Positions 1 to 11,510 of a DNA stretch of 21,798 nucleotides are shown piece after piece. A program made the position numbers and the translations under genes. This DNA is from Seison nebaliae. Lineage: Eukaryota. Below the pieces are notes generated by a model, which saw only the letters and a program-made list of their open reading frames with translations, was not told where the DNA came from and did not search any database. Within the stretch, counting starts at the first letter, position 1; each line of letters begins with the position of its first letter. Location: the NCBI GenBank assembly GCA_023231475.1, contig JALJEE010000763.1, forward strand, positions 124,001 to 145,798, in the 5' to 3' direction.

Positions 1-2343
1 TCCTTTCAATTAATTTCATCTAAGACCATTCTGCATTAAGTCTATCTTATTTACAATGTGAATATTGCAATTCATTGAGATGCCAAGCAAGGTTTACTCT
101 TTATGTTTTTGACAGTTTGAAAGAACGATTATATATTATATTATCATCTTTCATTGCCACCTCCAACTATAATAATCGGACGTTGGTGGCGAAATAAAAA
201 TAAAATCATATCATAAAGATCAACAGTAAAATAAATATTAGTTAGAATACTCTCATTTATTATTCAATTCGATTCATCTAATTGTTTCTCTTCCTCTTCC
301 TCCTCCAGTGTTCGAAATAATCATCCCATCCATTTTCATTCGACCAAATTAACAAATTTACCATGAAATTACTTCAGAATTACGTATAAAAACCTCAGCA
401 CATATTATAAGAAACATCATAATTTATTATGAATTCCGTTCGTTTATAATAAATCATAATAAATCGAGTATCAATGATAAAAAATAATTTATTATATTGT
501 AATTATTCACATCGATTTAAAGATAGGATAAAAATGATTCTGGAAAAGTTTGTATATTGGTAACTAAATCTTAATTATGATTTATTGCCACTATACTTTC
601 AACATTCATTTTTCAGACAGTTTCTGTATTAAAATATGTAGTTTATAAGAGAAATATGAATATAAACATCGCTCAATATATAAAACCTTCATTTATATTG
701 GATTGTACAACTTCAAGGTAGGATAATATTATGTGTTCAAGTTTGATGATTCGCATTAAAATCTAATTATCAAAATCCGAACAGATAATTGTTCAATCCA
801 TCTATTCCATCTTTTCAACTTCTTCTCCTCAGTCAATATAGTATTAAATTATTGTTCTTCTATGATGATGTCAATGAAGTGAATGAATTGATGAAACGAA
901 TTAACTTCGTTCTTTTCCAGGAAATGGATTAATTACTTTCGATTTAAGCAACGGAAAGTTAACATATTTCTTTATACTAACAAATTAGTTAATTCTTTTC
1001 ATTATGGTTAACTTCTTTCTTCTATGGACTCTAATAAAAGTTAACTCTTCTATGGAAACCAAATGAACTCTGAACTAACGTATGATTTACTATAATATCT
1101 CAACACGTTATTCAATATTAGGATTTCTGATGTTTAATATGCGCCTTACTGGTAATGACAACTCACTTCTAATACAGATTTCGAAGACAACTAATAGAAA
1201 AGGTGGAACCATGTATATTTTATTAATTTCATCCAAATGAATATTTTTGCATCCTTTCCGATCTATGTTACTAATGCACTTCAACATACCAATAATTAGC
1301 CAAATGGTTCATTAATTAATCGAACGATATACAGTTGGGGGGTTGGGTCATTCAGAGACTAGATAATTGTTAGACAGACAAAACAAAGTTAGAAGTTAGA
1401 CTGTTATTATAATTTAAAATATTACTTATGTGAGAAACTAAAAGCAGGAAAGATAAAAAAAGGTTTATTGATAAACAACGAAAAATATTATGATGAAACA
1501 ATAAACTAATATGGAGAGATAAGTAATCTAAATTCTAAAGGAAACATAAAATGTTTACGGGGAAAGTCACATTAACAGTACTATTATCACAATCTATAAT
1601 AATGTTAAAAATCTTCCCAAACACCATCATATTCTTCTACAATTGTTGTATCATTTCTATTAATGATTGCATTTGAATGACGAAAAAATAAATCACATTA
1701 TTTTCGAATTTGGGAACTTGATATTAATAAGACATTTTGTAAAGCCTAATTTTAAAAAGTACTTCTTTTTTATTCCCTAAACAACTTTAGAATTAGGCAA
1801 GCTTTATGCTGTTTAATTAAATTGTGCATGTACAGTGCATTAGGGACCAAATTTTATTTATTCCTTATTTCATACATTGATGTAGTTTTAGAACTGCCCA
1901 CGACAAACCTTTATTTTAAGCCCATATCCAAAATTTCAAAAGAAAACTTAATGAACGCTCTCAATCATTTTAAGTGTAATTTGAATAATAATTTTATTTA
2001 TTAAGCATTCTTTGTGACAACGAACAGTTTATAGATCGAAACAAAAAATTGATCATTAAAATCATAGAGAAAATAAAGAGTTAAAAAAATATTATAAGAA
2101 AATAATTTAAAATTTTTATTTTTTGGTTAGCTTTATTCCTCGAATGATCAAAGAATCATTCAGTGAAATTGAATTTGAGAACGTGAATTGAAAATTTGAC
2201 AAATTTCGGATTTTTCGTATTATTGTAATGGAAAATTTTAGTTAAAAAGATCGCTTGATTTATATGATTGGCCGCGAAACTAATTGAAATAAAAAGAATT
2301 AAAAAATTTCATTTTTCATTTAATATTTGTTTAATTTTGCTGT

Positions 2344-5300
2344 ATGGATGATGAAGAGGGTGAGATAGAAAATGTATTAAAAAAATGAAATACTATCCAA
2401 AATGTTGGAATTCTGATGGTTTGAAGGGTGAAGATGGAAGTGAAAAAGAAATAAAATATTCATTGGAAAGACTGAAAGAAGAATTGAATAATCGACTTAA
2501 TGAATCGAAGACAGATACGTTGAAATCTACGATGGATCGAAGACAAACATTACCAGGAGAAGCAGCATCGTTGACAAGGCATATCATTAGTTCGGTGTCA
2601 AATGAACGATCTGAAAATTATCGATTTTATGATATTGAAGAAGAATTACGAAACGAGAAGAAGAATAATAAGAACGAGATGGATGTAAGTGAAGATGAAG
2701 AGAAGAAAGAAAATTCTTTCATTGACAATGACACATTTTTCTGTGAATCATTATTGAAGATGTTGAAACATTTATCTTCGGAGAATGAACATCAGAACGA
2801 TAATAAATTAAAAAGACATACGATTTCTTGTTTAAAGAATAAAGGATTCGATTCGGACAACGATCTAATTAACGGGAAAACGAAAACATGGTCATATGAA
2901 TCGAATGAGAATGAAATGAAAATGACGGAATCATTCCATTCGTTGATGGTAGCACTAATTGATTTATATACGAGGGATATTAGCACAATTGATGGTCGTT
3001 TATATAATTATATAATTGTTGCCTTACTCATTTTATTGATCAACGACGAACCGAAATCTGGAAAAGTAAATTTTGTCCATGGAAGATCAAACTCGTTAAC
3101 GCTCTCCAAAAACTTTTCATTGGAACGAAAAAGAAAATCAATGTTCAATATTCTTTTATTGAAACTTCTGTTAATCATGGAAAGTGATATGAATGAAGAT
3201 AAAGAATCCAAATTATTATACGATCACTTTATGCGCCATTTACATCCTACCTTATATTCTGACGATCAATTTATTATTCAAAGACATCAGAACATTTTAG
3301 CTATGCACAATCTCATCAAATATCTTTTGAATAAATTGAACGGTTTACCTGATGTTGAGAATAATAAAATTTCTCAGAAACCACAAGATGATTCAGAGGA
3401 AACTAATAAGAAATCAGATGAAGAAAATTTTTATGATGCTCAATCTGACTTTTCACTAACACCATCAAAGATGATAAGGAAATCATTACCAAAAGCACCA
3501 GTTCAGCAATTAAATAGAAAATTGAAAGATTTATTGAAGTCGTTAGAAGAAAATTTATTGACCTCTATTGAAAACCTCTCAACTCATTCGACAAGTTCAT
3601 CTGATAATGTTAATGAAGAAGAGAAAAATCGGAATAAGTTTGTTTCATTTTCATCGAGAATCGAATGTCCTTTTCATCCATGCAAGACCATTGACTCATT
3701 AGATAATCATTTAGATGGACGAACGGTAAAATGTTCGGTTTGTCAAATGATCAAATCGTCCAACAATCGTTCACATTCGTTGGAGAAATCGAAAGAAGGA
3801 AATTGTTTTTGTTCTATGCTCTACAAATATTTGACATTCGACAACCATTACGAAGATCAGAAGAAATACAACGTTGATCGACTAACACGACTCTTCCTCC
3901 ATCAATATCAACAACGAACGAACAATTCATTAAGAAAGAAAGAAGGTGATTCTTTGGAGAATTTATCAAAATCAAAATTTCATCAATCGAAAAAAGAAGA
4001 TGATTCGACAAGAAATGATGGAAAATTGAATTGTCCAATTAATGTTAAAGTGAATAAGAGTAATTTAGAGAATCATTCCAATGATGATGATGATATTGAG
4101 TCGAAGAAAAGTTGTTTTGAAAACTTCTTTGAAATGACCAAATTTTCACCCGTTACTCATTCCACTCATTTGATTGATAATGAAGATTGTCGAATTAGCG
4201 AACGAAGTAATTGCGATAAGCAAATAAATGATGTTGATCATTATAAGGAAAATGGAACAGTTCAAAATATTGAGAAAGAGATTGTGAATGATCGTCAAGT
4301 TAAACATAAAATGGCTCGAAATCATTATGGAAATGTCGAGTTCGATCAATTAGAGTTGGTTCAAGAAATAAAGAATGCACATTCTTCAGTTATCTGGTGT
4401 ATGAAATTCTCATTGTGTGGGAGATTATTAGCAACGGGAGGTCGAGATGCTTTAATCAAATTATGGATGATACCCTCAACAACCACATCTAACGACGATA
4501 TGATTTGTTTGGAGAATACAGTCAACAGATCTTTAGGACTGACCGATGAACAAGCACCATTTCGTCTTTATCGAATTTGGAGTGGTCATAGTTCCGATAT
4601 CGTTGATCTCAGTTGGTCCAAGACAGGATTCCTTCTTAGTACTTCATTTGATGATAGTGTAAAATTGTGGCATCGAGACAAGAACGAATGTCTCGTCTCT
4701 TTTCAACATGATTCGTTGATAACGGCAGTAGCCTTTTTTCCAGAAGACGACAGATATTTCACTTCCTGCGCATTCGATGGAAGAATTCGTATTTGGGACA
4801 TCGAAGAGAAAGTTGTTTGTAAAAGGACCGAAGTATCTAATGTAATGACAGCTGTGACTCATTTTCAACAATTTCTTTTGATTGGCACTTCGGATGGTCG
4901 AGTAGTGGCATATAAAATGAGAACATTAGAATATGAATTCGAATTTGTTGTTCGATCGTCCAAAGGTAAAAATCGTCGAGGATCACGTATTTGCGGTTTA
5001 TCAGCATCATATACTTCGCCTGATATCCTTATGGTAACTTCGAGTGATTCAAGAATACGTCTCTATAATATGAGAGAGAAAACAATCCAGTTAAAGTTTA
5101 AGGGCTTCTTTAGTCGCCATAAGAGAATCCAAGCGACTTTCTCTCCTGATGAACGATTCATTATTTGTGGTAGCGAAGATCATTGTATTTATATTTGGGA
5201 CATGGCCAACATGAAATGGCCTATCCATTCCAACACCATCAAATCGAAGAATATTGATTCATTCGATTTATCTTTCTCTCACAATAATTTGCAAGAGACA

Positions 5301-5753
5301 TCGTATCATTTCCAAAAGAGAAACGTCTTCCGGAACGGTGATGGTTGTTGGGAAAGATTGAAAATCCACAATAATACAGTCATCTCAGCAATTTTTGCAC
5401 CTAATCCTTTACCCATTCTTCAAATTATTGCGCAGCGATATCCAAATAATAAATTGGAAGATAGTTTAATTACAGATAATTTGTCGATCGAAAACAATGT
5501 CAATCGAGAACAATTAAACAAACTGTTAAAACCTTCTCGTTTAAGCAGATGGATGAAAAAAATAGTAACAGTCAAACCAAAAATTTCTGATAAAAAACCA
5601 ATAGAATCAACTCATACTACCACTTCTCATAATATTAATCGTCATCAAGTTATTGTTTCTTCTGACGCTAATGGAAATATCCGATTATGTATTAATCGAT
5701 TCAAAACGAATGAAATGATGTTATACCTAAATTCTATCAAAAATAATATATAA
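2344..5753 (+). CDS. WDR44: WD repeat-containing protein 44 (Rab11-binding protein) homolog. Probable model: exon 1 2344-2373, intron 2374-2426, exon 2 2427-5753. The ORF track start at 2385 is the alternative.
   Basis: C-terminal WD40 repeats carry WDR44-type motifs: AHSSVIWCMKFSLCGRLLATGGRD, GHSSDIVDLSWSK..FLLSTSFDDSVKLWH, CLVSFQH..ITAVAFFPEDDRYF, VTSSDSRIRLY, IQATFSPDERFIICGSEDHCIYIW. An FFAT-like motif DEENFYDAQS is also present. Removing a 53-nt GTATTA...TTTGAAG intron joins ATG 2344 (MDDEEGEIEN) in frame to GEDGSEK. Confidence 0.88.
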
Positions 5754-6544
5754 AAATTCTAATCGATCCATAATTTAAGTTTATCGACATTCTAATCATT
5801 CGTAAGTTCACCTAATCAATAAAGTTGAACAATCAGATATTTGATAATTCCTCAAAGTTTTCATCTTTAGAATCCTTCCCATATTTACTATTTTCTATTA
5901 TGATATTAAACGCAATAAAATGTCCTCAATATATTTTTTCTGGGAGCGAAAGAAAACTTCCAATACAGAGGTACCCAATATTGTAATCAACAACTAAAAC
6001 ATTCATCGATTTTGAGAGAAAATGAAAATGTCCCACACGAAAGTTTTTATAAGTTTCTAATATTAAGGTACCTTGCGACATACTAATGACCATATAAAAT
6101 GTAACGGTAAAATTAACATCTGGAGAACCAAAAGCAGCGTCTGAATTCTTGAAAATCAATTTGATTTCTTATTATGCTGAAAATCTTTTTAACAATCAAC
6201 GTCCAATTTAATTCATTTAATCTACAACAATTAACATTTATAAAAAAAACTTTTCCATTCATTCATTTTTATATCTTCCCATCCAATTCCACCGTATTTT
6301 TTTTAAGATGTGTCGTCCCGATAATGCAATTGTTAGGAAAAATTTCAAATTAACAGCTAATGGAAATTGCGTATTTCAAATATTTTTCAATGGCACATTA
6401 TATGGGAAGTCATGTTTAATTAAAAGTTTCACTGCCAACCATATGCGTCAACATATGAAGATATACATTTCTAATCAGTCAAAGCTATAAGACGAGAAGA
6501 GCTTAAAAGGATATTGTTGATAATAATCAGCAATCAATCAAAGA

Positions 6545-6740
6545 TGTAACCCAGAACGATTGCAACCCAGGCCGCAACATTCCAACGGGCAGTTAACCGA
6601 CCAAGTTATTAGATCGGAACAATCACACACAAGACTATAAAAGTGGCGCGGGGATTAAGACAAGATCTAACTTCAACGATTAAGATGTAAACTCAGTTAT
6701 CTCACACTTTACGAAGATCCCTAGGTAAAGGTTTGGCACA
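6545..6740 (+). mobile_element. Putative 5' LTR of a Ty3/gypsy element (196 bp)
   Basis: Begins TGT(AAC) and ends ACA. It is more GC-rich than its flanks, has an internal TATAAAA at 6636-6642, and is followed 2 nt later by TGG (6743-6745, the PBS position) and then integrase remains. No second copy was seen in the window. Confidence 0.5.
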
Positions 6741-6809
6741 GGTGGTCAAAAAACGCGATGGTTTTTTTGGTCGTATTTTCTTTTGAAATTTATTTTCTCT
6801 TTCCAGCAC

Positions 6810-7763
6810 GATTACAAATGTATTCGAATAATTTGCTCAAACTGCGAATTATGTCAAAAGAACAAGTACCGAAATAGAAAAAATGGTCCATCGCATGAAA
6901 TTACCAAATTCGAAGTTACCATTTGATATCGTTCAAGTCGATATCAAAGGTCTCCTAATTCCATCACATCAAAACAACCGATTAATTTTAATATTCATCC
7001 GTCATTTTACAAGATTCATTGAATTATACAAGCATACAGTCGATGATATTATTCGATGTCTTCATACATTAGTGGGAACATACGGTGTTCCATTACAGAT
7101 AACAACGGAACCTAGTTTAAAACAAAAAAAATTGACGAGGAAATCGAACGTTTTGGAATCATTCGAACCGCCGCGTTACCCGAACACCATCAATCCATCG
7201 GACAGGTAGAACCTTCAATTAGAACGATGAACGAACTTCTTTGAATTGCGGTTGGTAGGCATCAAGAACATTGGGAGACGGCAATCGATTGAATTAAATT
7301 TACATTGAATAATACCGTTTCTAAGATTATAAACTATAAACCGTCGCAATTAATATTTCCAAAGGAGCCCAATCATCCAAACGTACTACTTCGATCCCAG
7401 GAAATGGAGAGCGGAAGGAGAATAATAGCCGGGGAAAATGAAGCCGTGAGAAACATCCAATCGTCATCAAAAAACGAGCAACAAAAATTAGATAAAAAAT
7501 CGCTCGTTCAATTGAAGAAAGACGATAAGGTGAGAATCCGACTGCGACCACAATCTAAGTTTCAAGAAACATCGTCAAAACTTTGTGTGTTATATAGTGA
7601 CACATTCAATGTTGACGAAGTATTTAATAATGGTAACGTGAGAATTCGGGACGAAAACGGCAATATAATAACGAAACACACCAACGATTTGGTTAAACAC
7701 AACCAAACGAATTATACTGCAGCGGATGGAGAAGTAAAACGAAAGGAGGGGTGCCGAAGCTAA
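6810..7763 (+). pseudogene. Frameshifted Ty3/gypsy integrase remnant (copy 1) with its C-terminal domain
   Basis: Fragments lie in several frames: CSNCELCQKNKYRNRK (CC half of the HHCC finger), PFDIVQVDIKG..RLILIFIRHFTRFIELY..YGVPLQITTE, HHQSIGQVE..IRTMNE, YKPSQLIF, and a GPF/Y-like C-terminal region (LKKDDKVRIR..KLCVLYSDTFNVDEV). Multiple stops and frameshifts. Confidence 0.85.
7741..7751 (+). other. Putative polypurine tract (PPT)
   Basis: GAAAGGAGGGG followed directly by TG at the end of the integrase C-terminal region, the usual PPT position. Confidence 0.45.
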
Positions 7764-7989
7764 CAATTGAATAAAAGTGATAAAATATTGACAACGATTG
7801 AAACAAGAACACAGACTCGAATAATAAATTCACCAATCATGATTTCACCAAATAAAATTAAACGATAAGGATAAGGAAAAGACGGCATTCTATACACCAG
7901 GGATGGCTGTAAGGATTTTTCATTTGGATTTTTTATGTGTATAAGGATAATAATTAGAAAAGAATATAAAAGAAATTTCTACAAATAGT

Positions 7990-9860
7990 CTGTTTTATCA
8001 AACCTTTAGGTGGCCACGGTAGGATTTCTTTGGATTTTTTTACTCTCCAACTCCAATAGAACGAAATCCAAATGGCCATCCCTGCTATATACCAATCGAT
8101 GTTTATCAATTTCGTTACCTGCCTATTGGTCTCCGCAATGCTCCAGAGACATTCCAACGAATAATGGACACAATATTTTCAAAATTTTCATTCGTTTTCA
8201 CGTACCTCGATCACATAATAATTGCGACAAAAGAAGGACGTTACGACCATTTAACACAACTTTCTACGATCATGAAAGAAATTCGTTTAAACGGCTTCGT
8301 TTTGAATTACAAAAAGTGCGAATTCGCGAAAACCGAATGTCTATTCCTCGGTCACATGTTAAGTGAAAATGGTATCGAATTAGCTCAGTCCAAAGTGGAT
8401 GCTATTCGTCTCATGCCACCTCCCAAGTCAAAAAAAGAAGTTCGAGTATTACTGGGAACCATGAATTACTACAGGAAATTTATCCCCAACTTCGCATCAA
8501 TGACTCATCCTTTGACAAAATTAACTAACAAATAAATTGTAAGAAGAACATACAGATGAAATGGACAAAAATCGAGGAATCAGCAAGACAAAAACTAATC
8601 GAATTACTCGCAAAAACACCGATATTACGACATCCAAATTACAAAAAACTATTCATAATATCCACAGACGCTTCGAAATCAGCGATCAGCGGCGTACTTC
8701 AACAGAACGATAATTTCGTGTACAATATCTAATATTTTTCAAAAAAAATTTCATCGTGTCAAATGTCGTGGAACATAAATCATAAATAAGCATTTGCCAT
8801 TGTCGAGTCTGTGAAAAAGTTTCATTGTCACATTTACGGTTATCACATAACTGTACGAACCGACAGTAACCAGGCCATTTCACTATTGACACGATGTTCA
8901 GATATTCCTCGCGTAGCTCGTTGGAGAGATTTTCTCAGCTCTTATGACATTTATACACCGAAAAGGAATCGAAAATTGCCTACCGGACACTCTAAGTCGA
9001 ATGATCAACTGTACGGAAATAAGTAAAACCAACTCGATGCACAACGAATTTCACTACGATGAAAACGACATCGACTGGATATCAAAATTAAACGTCGCGA
9101 AAAACAAGGAAGTGAGCAAGGAAAATAACAATTATTTTATTTCTTCTTCATCCGATAATAATTCCATCAATAAAATCCGCAACATCAGACGATTAATTAT
9201 CCCAAACAAAACGGTTGACGATATAGTTTCAAGAACCTTCACAATGACGATTTTTTCATGCATCGCGGATACAAAGCGATGGTGCGTATGTTGACGTCGC
9301 GATTCTTCCATCCAAAATTAAAGAAATCAATCAGATCAATCCGCCACAATTGCGAAAAGTGCAAAAAGAACAAAATTCGAAACAGAAAATTAAAACATAA
9401 ACTAATTGATATCAAGTACAATATGACATTCGATAACATTCAAATGGACGTCAAAGGACCATTAATATCCTCATCGGATGGAAACAAGTTTATCATTGTT
9501 CTTATTGACTCATTTTCGAAATACGTTGAATTATTTCCTTTTCGTCGACACACTGCGAATGACATCATTCGAATATTGCATAAATATATCCCAATTTATG
9601 GAACACTTCTGTCAATAACAGTAGATGCTGCTTCCGAATTTCGACCCAAGAAATTCATTGAAGAATGTAATGAATTAGGTATTACATTGAATATTGCATC
9701 CCCAGATCATCATCAAACTGTTGGAAGAGCCGAACGAGTAATCCGAACAATTTCAGAAATGATCAGAAACCACCAGTCAGATTGGGAAAAGTACGTCGAC
9801 AAAATCAAATTTTCCATCAACATGTTGCTCATGTTGTTGTTAAAAGAGCTATTTTGAAAA
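7990..9860 (+). mobile_element. Degenerate Ty3/gypsy pol (RT - RNase H - integrase), copy 2, truncated at both ends
   Basis: RT: YQFRYLPIGLRNAPETFQRIMD (about 8103-8170), YLDH in place of YxDD (8203-8214), KKCEF..FLGH, P.SKKEVR.LLG.MNYYRKFIPNF. RNase H: FIISTDASKSAISGVLQQ (8652-8706), ITVRTDS, RVARW, FIHRKGIENCLPDTLSR. Integrase: HRG..CEKC, QMDVKGP, ITVDAASEF, GRAERVIRTI. The RT-RH-IN order is gypsy-type. Several frameshifts and stops. Confidence 0.92.
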
Positions 9861-10357
9861 ACTAAAATAATAATAAAAAATAATAAACAATAAAATAATA
9901 ATGTAAAATATTTATTTAAAAAAACTAAAAAAAATTTCAAAATAAGGGAGGTCGAAAAAATCTTCATCTTCTTCGATAACTGAATTAGATAGATTATTTT
10001 TTAATCGAAGATGTAATAAATTTAATAAATTTTCGTCGGTTAAACGATTTCGATGTTTATTTTTGATATATTTTATATGTGAAAAAGTCGATTCACATAA
10101 ATATGTTGTGGGGAATAATGCCAGGCATTCTGTGGCATTTTTTTTTAAAAAGGATAATTATCCATGTCTAAAATTAAAGAGTTTACTTGAATTAAACATT
10201 TGACTGCAATATATGCATTTCCATTTATCATTAACTTTTGAAAAACAACGATTAACTTCTTCTTTGCTCATAGTTAGTAGATTATATAATATATATTACA
10301 AGTCTAAATTTTAAATTTACTTTAAACTGTAAAAATACTCAGCTTTGTTATTGTGAT

Positions 10358-10520
10358 AGTATGGGCATAAGGAGCTAATTTGGCTCCCTACATACAACAA
10401 AAATACATGACTCCGCTCTTTCGTGCCCATGACTGGTATACTACTACTATGTATATACTACTATTGATATGTATGATATTTGATTTGCACCTCACATATC
10501 AAACTTGGGTTGGGGATATG
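10358..10520 (-). ncRNA. Candidate structured small RNA with Sm-class/SL-like features (tentative)
   Basis: On the minus strand: ACCCAAGTTTGA, a hairpin with a GAGGT loop, ATTTTTG (10398-10404) and a downstream hairpin GGAGCCAAATTAGCTCC. An outer stem ATGGGCA/TGCCCAT is also possible. No family match could be established. Confidence 0.2.
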
Positions 10521-10647
10521 AACGTCCGATAGCTGCAGAAATTGTTACTGAAAATTTTACATAAAGGAAGAAATAAAAAGAGATTTCGAATAATTTATTA
10601 AATCAATTTAATTATAAAATTTAAGATTAAAAAGTAAAGCTTTTTGG

Positions 10648-11274
10648 ATGGCGATGATTCGGAAACTTAACTTAAAAAATCTTCCAAGAATATTTGTGAG
10701 AAATAAATATTCGATAAATGAGGATACTCCACCATCATTCGAATATGAATACGAACAAATGACAGGAGATTCAAAACAAAATTTTACTTTGGAAAATTTA
10801 AGAAAGAATAAAAAGGACAACTGGCCTTATCATCTTCCAGAAATGGATGTCGCTCAGTTGACTGAATATGAAGTGAGTAAAGATATTGATGAATTTAAGA
10901 ACGTCGAAAGGTTATTGGACCTTGATATTGTGCCATTGCCAAAGACATTGGACAAATATCCAACTCCATCCGGATGGATTGCTCCAAACGAAGAATTGTC
11001 TAAAAATTTTCCGTATTATGTTCGCCGCACTAAATATCATATGTTACCGATCTATGAAAGTCGAGTTATGAATCAAACGAGATCGATTACTCGAGTGCGA
11101 AAGATTGACGGAGATATCGAACAATTTCGAAGAGATTTAATCGAATTTCTAGAGAAAGAAAGACCAGACGATCTGAAATTGAATATTCAAATGAATTCAG
11201 CATTTCGACAAATAAAAATTCGTGGACATTATGCCGAAGAAGTGTCAATGTTTTTATTACAATGTGGTTTCTAA
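10648..11274 (+). CDS. MRPL49: Mitochondrial ribosomal protein L49 (mL49/Img2 family), 208 aa, single exon
   Basis: Motifs YPTPSGW, PYYVRRTKYHMLPIY, ITRVRKIDGDI, QIKIRGHY and the C-terminal FLLQCGF are characteristic of metazoan MRPL49. The N-terminus is basic and presequence-like. AATAAA lies at 11307-11312. Confidence 0.93.
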   Translation: MAMIRKLNLKNLPRIFVRNKYSINEDTPPSFEYEYEQMTGDSKQNFTLENLRKNKKDNWPYHLPEMDVAQLTEYEVSKDIDEFKNVERLLDLDIVPLPKTLDKYPTPSGWIAPNEELSKNFPYYVRRTKYHMLPIYESRVMNQTRSITRVRKIDGDIEQFRRDLIEFLEKERPDDLKLNIQMNSAFRQIKIRGHYAEEVSMFLLQCGF

Positions 11275-11510
11275 TGAACTATTCAAACATTATGTCTTTA
11301 TTTTCAAATAAATTTTTGAACAATAACTTGTTAAATATTAATTTGTTTCTTATTTAAAATTACTAGTAACAAATAAGAAAAACTATTTAGAAAAATAATA
11401 TTTTTGTCTAAAACAAATTGTTCTAATAAAGATTGACAATTTGAAAAGTTTAGTCTAATACAATATTTTAGTAGACATATATTTCTGATTCAGCAAACCT
11501 GATTTAGAGG

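Noticed and set aside
155..190. Imperfect hairpin GCCA..CCAAC / GTTGG.TGGC
   Set aside because: Short and bulged, with no known RNA motif. Compatible with chance.
1..2300. Possible genes, including the 60-aa ORF 1822-2004, a minus-strand IIIVGGG-like peptide near 155-190 and a purine-rich stretch at 285-340
   Set aside because: All frames close quickly. I could not build a consistent exon chain or find a recognisable domain.
2393..4871. Short antisense ORFs inside WDR44, and similar ones inside ATG4, MRPL49, the USP-like gene and CDC27
   Set aside because: Shadow frames of real coding sequence with no independent motifs.
7860..7952. Repeated TAAGGAT words as a possible array
   Set aside because: Only a few irregularly spaced 7-mers with no repeat-spacer structure. 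Not a CRISPR or a satellite.
9858..9952. A-rich tract as a retroposed poly(A) tail, and AAGGGAGG as a second PPT
   Set aside because: The tract is heavily interrupted, no target-site duplication was seen, and no LTR follows.
10341..10362. U4 snRNA-like start AGCTTTG...AGTAT
   Set aside because: The U6-pairing GCGCA segment and the rest of U4 are missing.
10360..10432. Twister or hammerhead ribozyme
   Set aside because: Lacks the CTGANGA hammerhead core and the twister pseudoknot-forming segments on either strand.
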